Below the pieces are notes generated by a model that worked only from the letters and a program-made list of their open reading frames with translations, was not told the origin of the DNA and did no database searches. Positions 55,782 to 64,000 of a stretch of 64,000 nt of DNA are shown piece by piece. Position 1 is the stretch's first letter. Each line of letters starts with the position of its first letter. This DNA comes from an uncultured Gammaproteobacteria bacterium (lineage in GTDB: Bacteria; Patescibacteriota; Patescibacteriia; UBA1558; UBA10009): positions 91,303 through 155,302 of the forward strand of contig CAZPMS010000001.1 of the NCBI GenBank assembly GCA_964588165.1, written 5' to 3'. Made by a program: the position numbers and the translations under genes.

Positions 55782-56387
55782 ATGAATATTTTACGCCCCT
55801 TTTTGCGGGCAAAAAAAATTGTTTTAACTTCTTTGTTAATCGGAGCGTTAAGCGTTGCTTATTTGCTCTTTTTTATTCCTTCAATCGAAGGAAAATCCCC
55901 TACTCCAATCAATTCATCTATAGATTCTAAAGAACTGATTTATTTAACTAACTTAGAAAGGGTAAATAATAATCTTGGTAACCTCTCTATTAATCCTCTT
56001 CTTTCTAAGGCGGCTCAGTATAAAGCCAAAGATATTTTAGAAAATGATTATTTTTCACATAATTCACCAACAGGCAAAAAATTCTCCCAATGGGTTAAAG
56101 ATGTAGATTATGAATATATAATTGTCGGAGAAAATTTAGCTACCGGCTTTAGCAGCAATGAGGCAATTATGGCTGCCTGGATGAAAAGTGCAAAGCATCG
56201 GGATAATATTCTGCACCCAAAATATAAAGATATCGGCATTGCTGTTTTAAAAGGCAGGTTAGAGGGCCAAACAACTTATATTATTGTCCAATACTTTGGC
56301 GCTACTGGCAGCTTAACTATTTCCGAAAACTTATTGCCCTATAACCAACAAGGTGATATTTTAAAGAACTATTCTGTTTATTCTTAA
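55782..56387 (+). CDS. CAP (SCP) domain protein
   Basis: 'LTNLER', 'YFSH.SP', 'GENLA', 'WMKS.KHRDNIL'. Confidence 0.92.
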   Translation: MNILRPFLRAKKIVLTSLLIGALSVAYLLFFIPSIEGKSPTPINSSIDSKELIYLTNLERVNNNLGNLSINPLLSKAAQYKAKDILENDYFSHNSPTGKKFSQWVKDVDYEYIIVGENLATGFSSNEAIMAAWMKSAKHRDNILHPKYKDIGIAVLKGRLEGQTTYIIVQYFGATGSLTISENLLPYNQQGDILKNYSVYS

Positions 56388-57196
56388 ACCAGAAAAATTA
56401 AAGCCAATATGCCGGCCAAAATAAACCGATATACGGCAAAATAAGTTAAGGAATGCTTTTCTAAAAATTCTAAAAAGAATTTTATAACCACATAACCTAT
56501 TAGTGCAGCACCTGCTGCGCCTAAAATAGAAACAAAAATAAAATTTAAAGAAAGATCACTTGAGGCCACTTGAGTGATTTTTCTTATTGTAGCTCCTAAA
56601 ACTATTGGCAGAGATAATAAAAAAGAAAATCTAGCAGCTTCTACCCTTTTAAAACCGTTCATTAAACCGGCAGCAATAGTAATGCCGGATCTGGAAGTGC
56701 CGGGAATAAAAGCCAATACCTGAAAAATACCTATTACTAAAGCGTCTGTAAAAGTCATAGAGTCTAAATTCCTATGCTTGCGGCTGATTTTTTCAAAAAT
56801 AATAAATAAAATGCCGCCAATAACCAGCATACCGATTACAAAATAGACTGACCTAAAAGTTTGTTCAATATATCCTCCAAAAAAATAACCAACCAAAGCG
56901 GCCGGAACAGTGCCGATAATTAATAACCAAGGCAATTGGCGGTTGAATTCATAAGTAATGCCGCCTTTAAAGATAGTTAGAAAAAATCCTTTTACTATAT
57001 TGGCTACATCCCTTTTAAAATAAATAAGAACGGCCAATAAAGTGCCGGCATGCAGAATTACATCAAAAGCCAAGCTATCTAATAATTCCGAACTTATTAC
57101 TTTATGAAGGATGATTAAATGGCCCGAACTGGAGATAGGCAAAAATTCAGTAATTGCCTGAACAGTTGCCAAGATGATTGAGTAAATATATTCCAT
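56384..57196 (-). CDS. uppP: Undecaprenyl-diphosphate phosphatase
   Basis: 'TEFLPISSSGHL', 'PGTSRSG.T', 'AARFSFLL'. Confidence 0.95.
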   Translation of the reverse strand: MEYIYSIILATVQAITEFLPISSSGHLIILHKVISSELLDSLAFDVILHAGTLLAVLIYFKRDVANIVKGFFLTIFKGGITYEFNRQLPWLLIIGTVPAALVGYFFGGYIEQTFRSVYFVIGMLVIGGILFIIFEKISRKHRNLDSMTFTDALVIGIFQVLAFIPGTSRSGITIAAGLMNGFKRVEAARFSFLLSLPIVLGATIRKITQVASSDLSLNFIFVSILGAAGAALIGYVVIKFFLEFLEKHSLTYFAVYRFILAGILALIFLV

Positions 57197-57259
57197 AAGG
57201 TATAATAATGTTATAAGGATTATACTAAATTTTTAATATAAATTCAATAAGTCTAAACT

Positions 57260-57670
57260 ATGAACTACATAATAATTCCCATCGCTGCATCTTTAATTGT
57301 CCATTTTATAAAATTGGCAATTGATCTTTCTAAAAAACGTTTTACTTGGAAGCGGGCTTTTGGCTATGGCGGCATGCCTTCTTCTCATTCTGCTTTAGTT
57401 GCTTCATTGGCCACCGTTGTTTATTTAACAGATGGTTTTGGCATTACTTTTGCCATTAGTTGTATTTTGGCTATCATTGTAATGCGCGACGCTATCGGCT
57501 TAAGAGGCTACCTTTCCAACCATGGCCGGATTATAAATAAATTAATTAAAGATTTGCCCGATGAAGAAGAATATAAATATCCGGTTATGGAAGAAACAAT
57601 CGCCCATACTGTAAGCCAAATTGTTGTTGGCGCTATTTTGGGAATTTTGATTACCCTGCTTTTAATCTAA
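57260..57670 (+). CDS. Divergent PAP2 family (DUF212) protein
   Basis: 'GGMPSSHSA', 'VMRDA.GLR', 'HT..Q...GA.LG'. Confidence 0.9.
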   Translation: MNYIIIPIAASLIVHFIKLAIDLSKKRFTWKRAFGYGGMPSSHSALVASLATVVYLTDGFGITFAISCILAIIVMRDAIGLRGYLSNHGRIINKLIKDLPDEEEYKYPVMEETIAHTVSQIVVGAILGILITLLLI

Positions 57671-57745
57671 AAAGCCTTGCATCTGCCACCCCCTATTCCT
57701 TCCTTTTAAAGGAGGGGATTTTAAGGGGAGATGTAAAGCTTTTTT
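57669..57745. repeat. REP-like family B
   Basis: AAAAAGCCTTGC...CCTTCCTTTTAAAGGAGGGG...GTAAAGCTTTTT. Confidence 0.75.
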
Positions 57746-57815
57746 ATTATTGACAAAACTATAATTTTTTAGTAATATAAACCACCAATAAATAACTAAT
57801 AACTTACTGAATAAT

Positions 57816-59495
57816 ATGAACAGAAAATTTACAAGGATGATAGCAATAACAGCTATTTTTTTAATGGTAGCTACATTAATTGGTGGTTGTGGCAATAAAT
57901 CTGAAAATGAAGCCGAAACTGTTGTTGAACAAAAAAAACCTCAGGTTGAAGTAAATCAATTACAAAAAACCAATAAAATTGAAACAATTATCAAGTTAAC
58001 CGGAACCACTAAGCCAGCTACCAGAGTTTCTTTAATCGCCCTTGCTCCCGGAACAGTTGTAGATGTTCCTTTGGAAGTTGGAGCAGAGGTCACCAAGGGT
58101 TTGCCTGTGGCTTTTTTATATGACCTAGCTACCGAAAGCAATTTTTCTACTGCTTTAAATAATTTTGAAAATGCCCAAAGATCACTAAATAGCACTAACC
58201 TTTCCGCTACCGAAACTGTTACTCAAGCCCAGCTGGCTTTAAATAATGCAGAGCAGGCCTTAGATCTTGCTGAACTTAATTACCAGGTACAAACTCAATT
58301 AGCCGAAGAAAACTTAAATAATACTTTAACCAATGCTGTAATATCGGCTGAATCTGCCCTAGATACAGTTTATGTAAGTTTAATAACTTTTAATGATGTT
58401 TTATCCGGTATCCCTCAAAATGAATTGAGTTCTCTTAACCCAAATTTAATTAATATATTTGATAATCGTTATGATATTAACGATGATCTTTACGATAATG
58501 CCGAGGAAATTGTTTTTACCAATGAAAACATAGAAGATAATTTAAATACTCTTATTGAACTAATTTCCTACACACAAGAAACTTCGGATCTGGTAATGGA
58601 AATGATTAATAAAACTCCTTCTAGCAATAACTTCCCCCAAGCTACCAAAGATGCAGCCACTAACAGCGTTTTTTCCAGACAAAATTCTTTAGCTGCCAGC
58701 CAAACAAGTCTTCAGTCAACCAAGCTTAGTATAATTACCATCACACTAAACAATCAGACAACTCTTCAAACTTATTTTAATCTGCAAAGTTCCGCCCAGA
58801 TTCAATTACAAACATCTCAATCTGGCTTAACCAGCGCCCAACAAACTAGTGATAATCAGATAGCCAACGCCGAAATTTCTTTTGAAAGATCCCAATATGA
58901 ACTAAGCCTTGCTTCTATTCAAAAAAATAGATTAACCATAAACTCTCCACTAGGCGGAGTTATTTCCCAACTTAATGTAGAGGTTGGCGATGAAATAAGC
59001 CCAGGCCAAATTTTGGGTGAAATTGCCCAAATAGAAGCTATGGAAATCGAAGTGGAAGTTTCTCCAGAAGTTGCCTCCGTTTTAGAAATAGGACAAACTG
59101 TTAAAATTACTGATAACGGCGAGGCAACTATCTCTGTTATAAACCCTACGGCCGATGCCGGCTCGGGCAAAGTTAAGGTCAAAGTTACCATGCCAAATGA
59201 AGCTAATGACTTAATTGCCGAATCGTTTGCCACTGTAGAAATTCCGGTTTCTTTGCCCGCCAGCCAAGAAAATATATTTATAGTTCCGCTTAAATCAGTT
59301 TACCTTTCGGCCGATACTGCCAAGGCTAAAATTGTACAAGATGGCAAAATAAAAACTTTAACTGTTAAAACCGGTAAAACTATAGGTGAAATGATAGAAA
59401 TTTTAGAAGGTTTTAAAGAAGGCCAGCAAGTAGTTATAAACGGCGCTGACTTTTTAGCAGATGAAACAGAAGTAGAAATAAAAACTAGCCAATAG
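57816..59495 (+). CDS. RND efflux membrane-fusion (adaptor) lipoprotein
   Basis: Lipobox 'IGGC', lipoyl halves 'VGAEVTKG' / 'INSPLGGVI..VEVGDEI', long helical hairpin. Confidence 0.88.
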   Translation: MNRKFTRMIAITAIFLMVATLIGGCGNKSENEAETVVEQKKPQVEVNQLQKTNKIETIIKLTGTTKPATRVSLIALAPGTVVDVPLEVGAEVTKGLPVAFLYDLATESNFSTALNNFENAQRSLNSTNLSATETVTQAQLALNNAEQALDLAELNYQVQTQLAEENLNNTLTNAVISAESALDTVYVSLITFNDVLSGIPQNELSSLNPNLINIFDNRYDINDDLYDNAEEIVFTNENIEDNLNTLIELISYTQETSDLVMEMINKTPSSNNFPQATKDAATNSVFSRQNSLAASQTSLQSTKLSIITITLNNQTTLQTYFNLQSSAQIQLQTSQSGLTSAQQTSDNQIANAEISFERSQYELSLASIQKNRLTINSPLGGVISQLNVEVGDEISPGQILGEIAQIEAMEIEVEVSPEVASVLEIGQTVKITDNGEATISVINPTADAGSGKVKVKVTMPNEANDLIAESFATVEIPVSLPASQENIFIVPLKSVYLSADTAKAKIVQDGKIKTLTVKTGKTIGEMIEILEGFKEGQQVVINGADFLADETEVEIKTSQ

Positions 59496-59564
59496 CTAGT
59501 AGGCTGTAGCCAGTAGAAAAAAACCTCCTACTAGCTACTCACTACAAGCTACTATATAAAAACT

Positions 59565-62500
59565 ATGTACCATAACCACTCTAATAATATCGAAAAGCTA
59601 AATAAACAAGCCCGGGAATACTCTAAATCACTCTTCGGTTTTTTTATTAAAAATTACCGCTTCTCATTACTGCTAATAATGGTAATCCTGCTTTTTGGCA
59701 TCATGTCTATTATATCTTTGCCAAGGGAGGCTGAACCGGAAGTAGAAATACCTTTTGGCGTGGTTACCACTATTTATCCAGGTGCTTCGCCAAATGATGT
59801 AGAAAAATTAATAACTGACAAGCTGGAGGATGAATATAAATCACTTGATAATGTTAAATTAATTACTTCTGGCTCTTTAACGGGCATTTCTTCTGTTGCA
59901 GTTGAGTTTGATGCCGAAGCTGATTTGGAAACTTCCATAAGAAAACTAAAAGATGCTACAGATAGGGCCAAAACAAAGCTGCCGGATGAAGCTGAAGATC
60001 CGGTAGTGGCTGAAGTAAATTTTTCTGATATTCCTATTATTACCTTTTCTTTGCAAGGCGATCTCTCACAAACTGAACTTAACAACTATTCAAAAATACT
60101 TCAGGAAGAACTGGAAAGTATTCCCAGAGTTTCTAATGTTTATTTATCAGGAAATTTAAAACGGGAATTTAGAGTAATTATAAATAAACAAAAACTGGAA
60201 GGCTTGGGCATTGGCATTTCTCCTGTTATCCAAGCTATCTCTTTAAATAACGCCAATATGCCGCTGGGTGATTTAGAAATTGATGAAATCCATTACCAGC
60301 TTAGGGTAAAAGGTGAAATAGAAAACCAAGATGGTTTAAAAAATATGCCGGTTTATACCAGCCCGGATGGCACCGTAATACTTTTGGCTGATATCGCCGA
60401 AGTAAATGATTTATTTGAAGAGCAAACATCAATTTCCAGGCTTTCGCAAGATGGTGGCCAGGCTTTGCCAACTGTTTCTTTAACCGTACATAAAAGAACC
60501 GGTGGCAACATTTTAAATATTATTGAAGAAGCCAAAAATAGAATTGCTGAATTAAAAAATACCAATGTTTTACCTTCTAGCTTAAACATTATTACTACTA
60601 ATGATAACGCCCAATTTGTGGCTGATGATCTGGACCGCTTAGGCAAAAACGCCTTAACCACTGTTGTAATAATTTTTGTAATCTTAATGTTTGTTTTAGG
60701 CTGGCGCGAAGCTTTAATTGCCGGCCTGGCCATTCCCCTTTCTTTCCTTTCCGCTTTCTTTTTCTTAGATATACAGGGAGAAACCTTAAACAGCATGGTT
60801 TTATTTTCTTTGGTTCTGGCCTTGGGTTTGTTAGTTGATAATATAATTGTTATTTTAGAAGGCATCTACCACAATATAAACAGTAAAAAAATGAGTTCTA
60901 TAAATGGAACGCTATTGGCTGTAAAGCAATTTTTTTGGCCGGTAACTTCCGGTACCATGACAACTGTAGCCGCTTTTTTACCTATGCTCTTGGTTTCTGG
61001 AATTATGGGGCAATACATGGGCATTATTCCTAAAACCGTTTCGGCTGTACTTTTATCTGCTTTATTTATTTCCGTAACTCTTATTCCTGCTATTGCCGCC
61101 AAAATTTTAAAAAAGAACATTATTAAAAAACATACCAACGAAGAAAAATTAAACAACTGTAAAAGCTGTTCCAAATTCACTGCCATAAGAAGAAAAATTA
61201 GAGATCATTTTTTCAATGCAATTACCAAAGTAAAAAACAAACACGTTAATTTACTAGAAAACGTTCTACCAAATAAAAAGAAAAGAAAAAAATACATAAT
61301 AGGAGCCTGGGTTTTGTTTATAATTTTTAGCACTTTTCCTTTCTTAGGAATTTTAAAAATAGAAATGTTCCCCACTATTGATATTGATTATTTTTATGTG
61401 AATATTAAAACACCTATTGGCAGTACTTTAGAAGTAACCGATGAGATAACAAAAAAAGTAGAGAAAATTTTATACCAAACAAAAGATATAGAGAACTTTG
61501 TAACCTCTGTGGGCAGTTCGGCTTCAGTTAATTTTGAATTCGGTTCATCTTCTGGAAGCGCCAATAAAGCTAATATAAATGTTAATTTAGTGGATAAAGA
61601 TAAAAGAGATAGAAAAAGTTTTGAAGTAGCCGAGGAATTAAGAAATAAATTTGAAAAAATTACCGAAGCAGAAGTTAAAATAGAAGAACTTACAGCCGGC
61701 CCGCCAACCGGCAAGCCGGTTGATATTAGGTTAACGGGCGAGGATCTTAACACTTTAAACAAACTGGCCGATAAAATAATGGCCGATCTAAAAAACATAG
61801 AAGGTGCAGTTAATATTTCCAAAAGTGTAGAAGATGCCGCCGGAGAATTTGTACTATACCCCAAGAGCGATATTCTGGCTAAATACGGACTTAATAACTT
61901 AACTTTTGCTACCAACTTAAGGCAGCAAATCTATGGCGTAGATGCCTCGGAAGTTAATTTAAATAACGAAGACGTAAAAATTAATGTGGCCTTAAACGAA
62001 AAACAGCTGGTAAGCATTGATGATATTGATAACTTGTTAATTACCACCCCTACCGGACACAATGTGCCAATTTCTGTTCTAACCGAAAAAAGGTTTGAAC
62101 CAAGCTTGGTTAGCATTAATCACCGTAATGGTGAAAGGATAATTAACGTTGCTGCCAATACTGAGGGCAAAACCGCCCAAGAAATATTTGCCGAAATTCA
62201 GGAAAAAGTAGAGGGTTACGATATTCCTGTTGGCTATAGGATAAGCTACGGAGGTGAAGTGGAAGATATTCAAAAATCATTTACCGAAATTTTCTTATCA
62301 TTAATACTGGCCATTATCTTAATTGCCATAATCCTAGTATTACAGTTTAACTCCTTTAAACAGCCTTTGATTATACTTTCCACATTGCCACTAGCCATTA
62401 TTGGCGTTTTCTTTGGCTTAACCTTATTAAGGTTGGAATTTTCGCTGCCTGCTTTTATAGGCATTGTGGGCCTAGCCGGAATTGTGGTAAATGACGCCAT

Positions 62501-62801
62501 TATCTTAATTGATAAGATTAACCAAAATATCTATTCTGATAAAATGCCGCTTAAAGGAGGCATTATAGAAGCTTCTCAATCCAGGATGCAGCCAATTTTA
62601 TTAACTACTATTACCACTGTAGCCGGCATATTACCGCTTGGCTTATCTGACCCAATGTGGGCAGGCCTAGCCTTTAGTATAATTTTTGGACTTATTTTCG
62701 CCACTTTCCTTACTTTAGTAATGGTACCTATTATGTATGTTGCACTAGAAGGCAAAAGAGTGGTAAAATATTTTAAAGGCGAAATCGGCCGAAATGATTA
62801 A
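59565..62801 (+). CDS. RND efflux permease (AcrB/AcrD/AcrF family)
   Basis: 'YPGASP..VE', 'LGLLVDNIIV', 'GIVVNDAIIL', 'RMQPILLT'. Confidence 0.95.
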   Translation: MYHNHSNNIEKLNKQAREYSKSLFGFFIKNYRFSLLLIMVILLFGIMSIISLPREAEPEVEIPFGVVTTIYPGASPNDVEKLITDKLEDEYKSLDNVKLITSGSLTGISSVAVEFDAEADLETSIRKLKDATDRAKTKLPDEAEDPVVAEVNFSDIPIITFSLQGDLSQTELNNYSKILQEELESIPRVSNVYLSGNLKREFRVIINKQKLEGLGIGISPVIQAISLNNANMPLGDLEIDEIHYQLRVKGEIENQDGLKNMPVYTSPDGTVILLADIAEVNDLFEEQTSISRLSQDGGQALPTVSLTVHKRTGGNILNIIEEAKNRIAELKNTNVLPSSLNIITTNDNAQFVADDLDRLGKNALTTVVIIFVILMFVLGWREALIAGLAIPLSFLSAFFFLDIQGETLNSMVLFSLVLALGLLVDNIIVILEGIYHNINSKKMSSINGTLLAVKQFFWPVTSGTMTTVAAFLPMLLVSGIMGQYMGIIPKTVSAVLLSALFISVTLIPAIAAKILKKNIIKKHTNEEKLNNCKSCSKFTAIRRKIRDHFFNAITKVKNKHVNLLENVLPNKKKRKKYIIGAWVLFIIFSTFPFLGILKIEMFPTIDIDYFYVNIKTPIGSTLEVTDEITKKVEKILYQTKDIENFVTSVGSSASVNFEFGSSSGSANKANINVNLVDKDKRDRKSFEVAEELRNKFEKITEAEVKIEELTAGPPTGKPVDIRLTGEDLNTLNKLADKIMADLKNIEGAVNISKSVEDAAGEFVLYPKSDILAKYGLNNLTFATNLRQQIYGVDASEVNLNNEDVKINVALNEKQLVSIDDIDNLLITTPTGHNVPISVLTEKRFEPSLVSINHRNGERIINVAANTEGKTAQEIFAEIQEKVEGYDIPVGYRISYGGEVEDIQKSFTEIFLSLILAIILIAIILVLQFNSFKQPLIILSTLPLAIIGVFFGLTLLRLEFSLPAFIGIVGLAGIVVNDAIILIDKINQNIYSDKMPLKGGIIEASQSRMQPILLTTITTVAGILPLGLSDPMWAGLAFSIIFGLIFATFLTLVMVPIMYVALEGKRVVKYFKGEIGRND

Positions 62802-62820
62802 TTTATTGAATCTTTATATA

Positions 62821-62991
62821 AGAGGGGGACGAACCTGAAACTTTAGCTAGCCGTCTAGTTGTCATCTTTTGGTGAAGTTAGAGGTTCCTTGTGACTTTAA
62901 CTGCTAGTTTAAGACTGCTGACACTTTTTACAAGGAACGAGATACTCTTCCTTAGACCGGCGATGCAATTGCGACAGAAGTACTCCCCTTT
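62821..62991 (+). ncRNA. ssrS: Probable 6S RNA
   Basis: ~170-nt rod: AGAGGGGGAC/GTACTCCCCTTT, GCCGTCTA/TAGACCGGC, central bubble, GTTCCTTGTGA/TTACAAGGAAC; followed by terminator. Confidence 0.65.
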
Positions 62992-62997
62992 CAACTT

Positions 62998-63031
62998 AAA
63001 ACCAATTGACATAAATCAGTTGGTTTTTTTT
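62998..63031. terminator. Bidirectional intrinsic terminator
   Basis: AAAACCAATTGA-cataaa-TCAGTTGGTTTTTTT between the ncRNA and mutM. Confidence 0.75.
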
Positions 63032-63890
63032 ATTTTTGGCATTTTTTGCAATAAACCGTTCCCCTGCCACCAAGTTTAGTTTTTATTAAAATTGACTTGC
63101 AGTTAAAACATTTTAGTCCTCCCCGGCCGTAAACTTTTAATTTTTCTACAAACTTACCACGCTGGCCGTCAGAGTTTACAAAAGTATTAACCGATGTGCC
63201 GCCCGATTTAACAGCCTGCTTTAAAATTTTTATAATTGATTGATGTAACTTTTTAATTTCTAATTGGCTTAAAGTTTTTACCTGCCGTAGCGGATTTATA
63301 CCAGCCACAAATAAACTTTCATCAGCATATATGTTGCCAATACCAACAATTAAGTCCTGGCTTAATAACAGCTGCTTTATTTTTGCCTTTAGACGCTTAA
63401 CTAAAATCTCTTTGAATTTTGATAAGCTAAGCTCACTTGATAACGGCTCAACCCCGTGCTGATTACTAATTAATGAGTACTCGTTATCGGTTACTAACCT
63501 CATCCAGCCGAACCTCCTTACATCATGAAATAATAACCTGCTGCCGTCGGAAAATTTTAAAATTATGTGAGTATATTTATTTGGCTTGGTTAAATCAATA
63601 CCATTTGACTGGATTGGATGACCGCCACCAATAGCTTTACCTTTTTTATCTACAAAAATAAGTTGGCCGGTCATTTTTAAATGGACAATAATTGAATCGT
63701 TCGATGTCAGCTCAATAACAATCATTTTAGCTCTACGGAATACTTTTTTTACTTTTTGATTCTTAATTTTTGATTTGAATCCATAATTTACCATTTTAAA
63801 AACTTTAACCTCGGCAGCTTTAAAAACCTTGCCAACGATTTTTTTAGCAAGGTTATCAGCTACGGTCTGCACTTCTGGAAGCTCAGGCAT
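63030..63890 (-). CDS. mutM: Formamidopyrimidine-DNA glycosylase
   Basis: 'MPELPEV', 'HLKMTG', 'GIGNIYADE', C-terminal zinc finger CFNC...CKKCQ. Confidence 0.97.
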   Translation of the reverse strand: MPELPEVQTVADNLAKKIVGKVFKAAEVKVFKMVNYGFKSKIKNQKVKKVFRRAKMIVIELTSNDSIIVHLKMTGQLIFVDKKGKAIGGGHPIQSNGIDLTKPNKYTHIILKFSDGSRLLFHDVRRFGWMRLVTDNEYSLISNQHGVEPLSSELSLSKFKEILVKRLKAKIKQLLLSQDLIVGIGNIYADESLFVAGINPLRQVKTLSQLEIKKLHQSIIKILKQAVKSGGTSVNTFVNSDGQRGKFVEKLKVYGRGGLKCFNCKSILIKTKLGGRGTVYCKKCQK

Positions 63891-64000
63891 TGTTTTAAAA
63901 ATTATTCATAACTAATTAGATTATGGGTTATGGTTCATAGGTCATCATATTTATAGAAATAATCCATGAACTATAACCTATGAATAAAACTCTATATCAA

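Noticed and set aside
59774-62500. Antisense ORFs in the track (also 2044-3003, 14583-15769, 20550-22637, 33143-33999, 35429-35878, 48093-49801 etc.)
   Set aside because: They are shadows of well-supported genes on the opposite strand or in another frame, with no motifs of their own.
1-64000. Genome-wide UGA recoding (genetic code 25)
   Set aside because: Long conserved genes are intact under code 11, and TGA ends dut and RNHCP at the expected positions; only one in-frame TGA was noticed.

Overview
AT-rich bacterial chromosomal segment read with the standard code (TGA is used as stop). The gene content suggests Patescibacteria/CPR, probably Parcubacteria (inference). The evidence is a large S-layer-like protein, a DUF5667/ECF pair, a lexA-dinB cassette with a direct-repeat SOS box, a minimal mraZ-rsmH-ftsL-ftsI-murF cluster and housekeeping genes lacking Shine-Dalgarno (SD) sites. 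Core genes include uppS, dut, tsaB, rplJ/rplL with an L10 leader, mltG, manC, uppP, an RND pair, mutM, tRNA-Glu(CTC) and a probable 6S RNA. Accessory content: (i) a type III restriction-modification operon with an RxxxxH (HEPN-like) gene between mod and res; (ii) a four-gene operon of RNHCP, radical SAM/SPASM, a radical SAM-YkgJ fusion and an unannotated 42-aa peptide, a candidate new RiPP system; (iii) about 15 orphan expression cassettes with a shared grammar absent from the housekeeping genes (TTGACA promoter, boxA-like motif, strong SD, GC-richer ORF, usually an intrinsic terminator); (iv) several families of palindromic REP-like elements and periodic short repeats, some inserted in-frame in rsmH, tsaB and manC. 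All calls were made by eye; no database searches were run.
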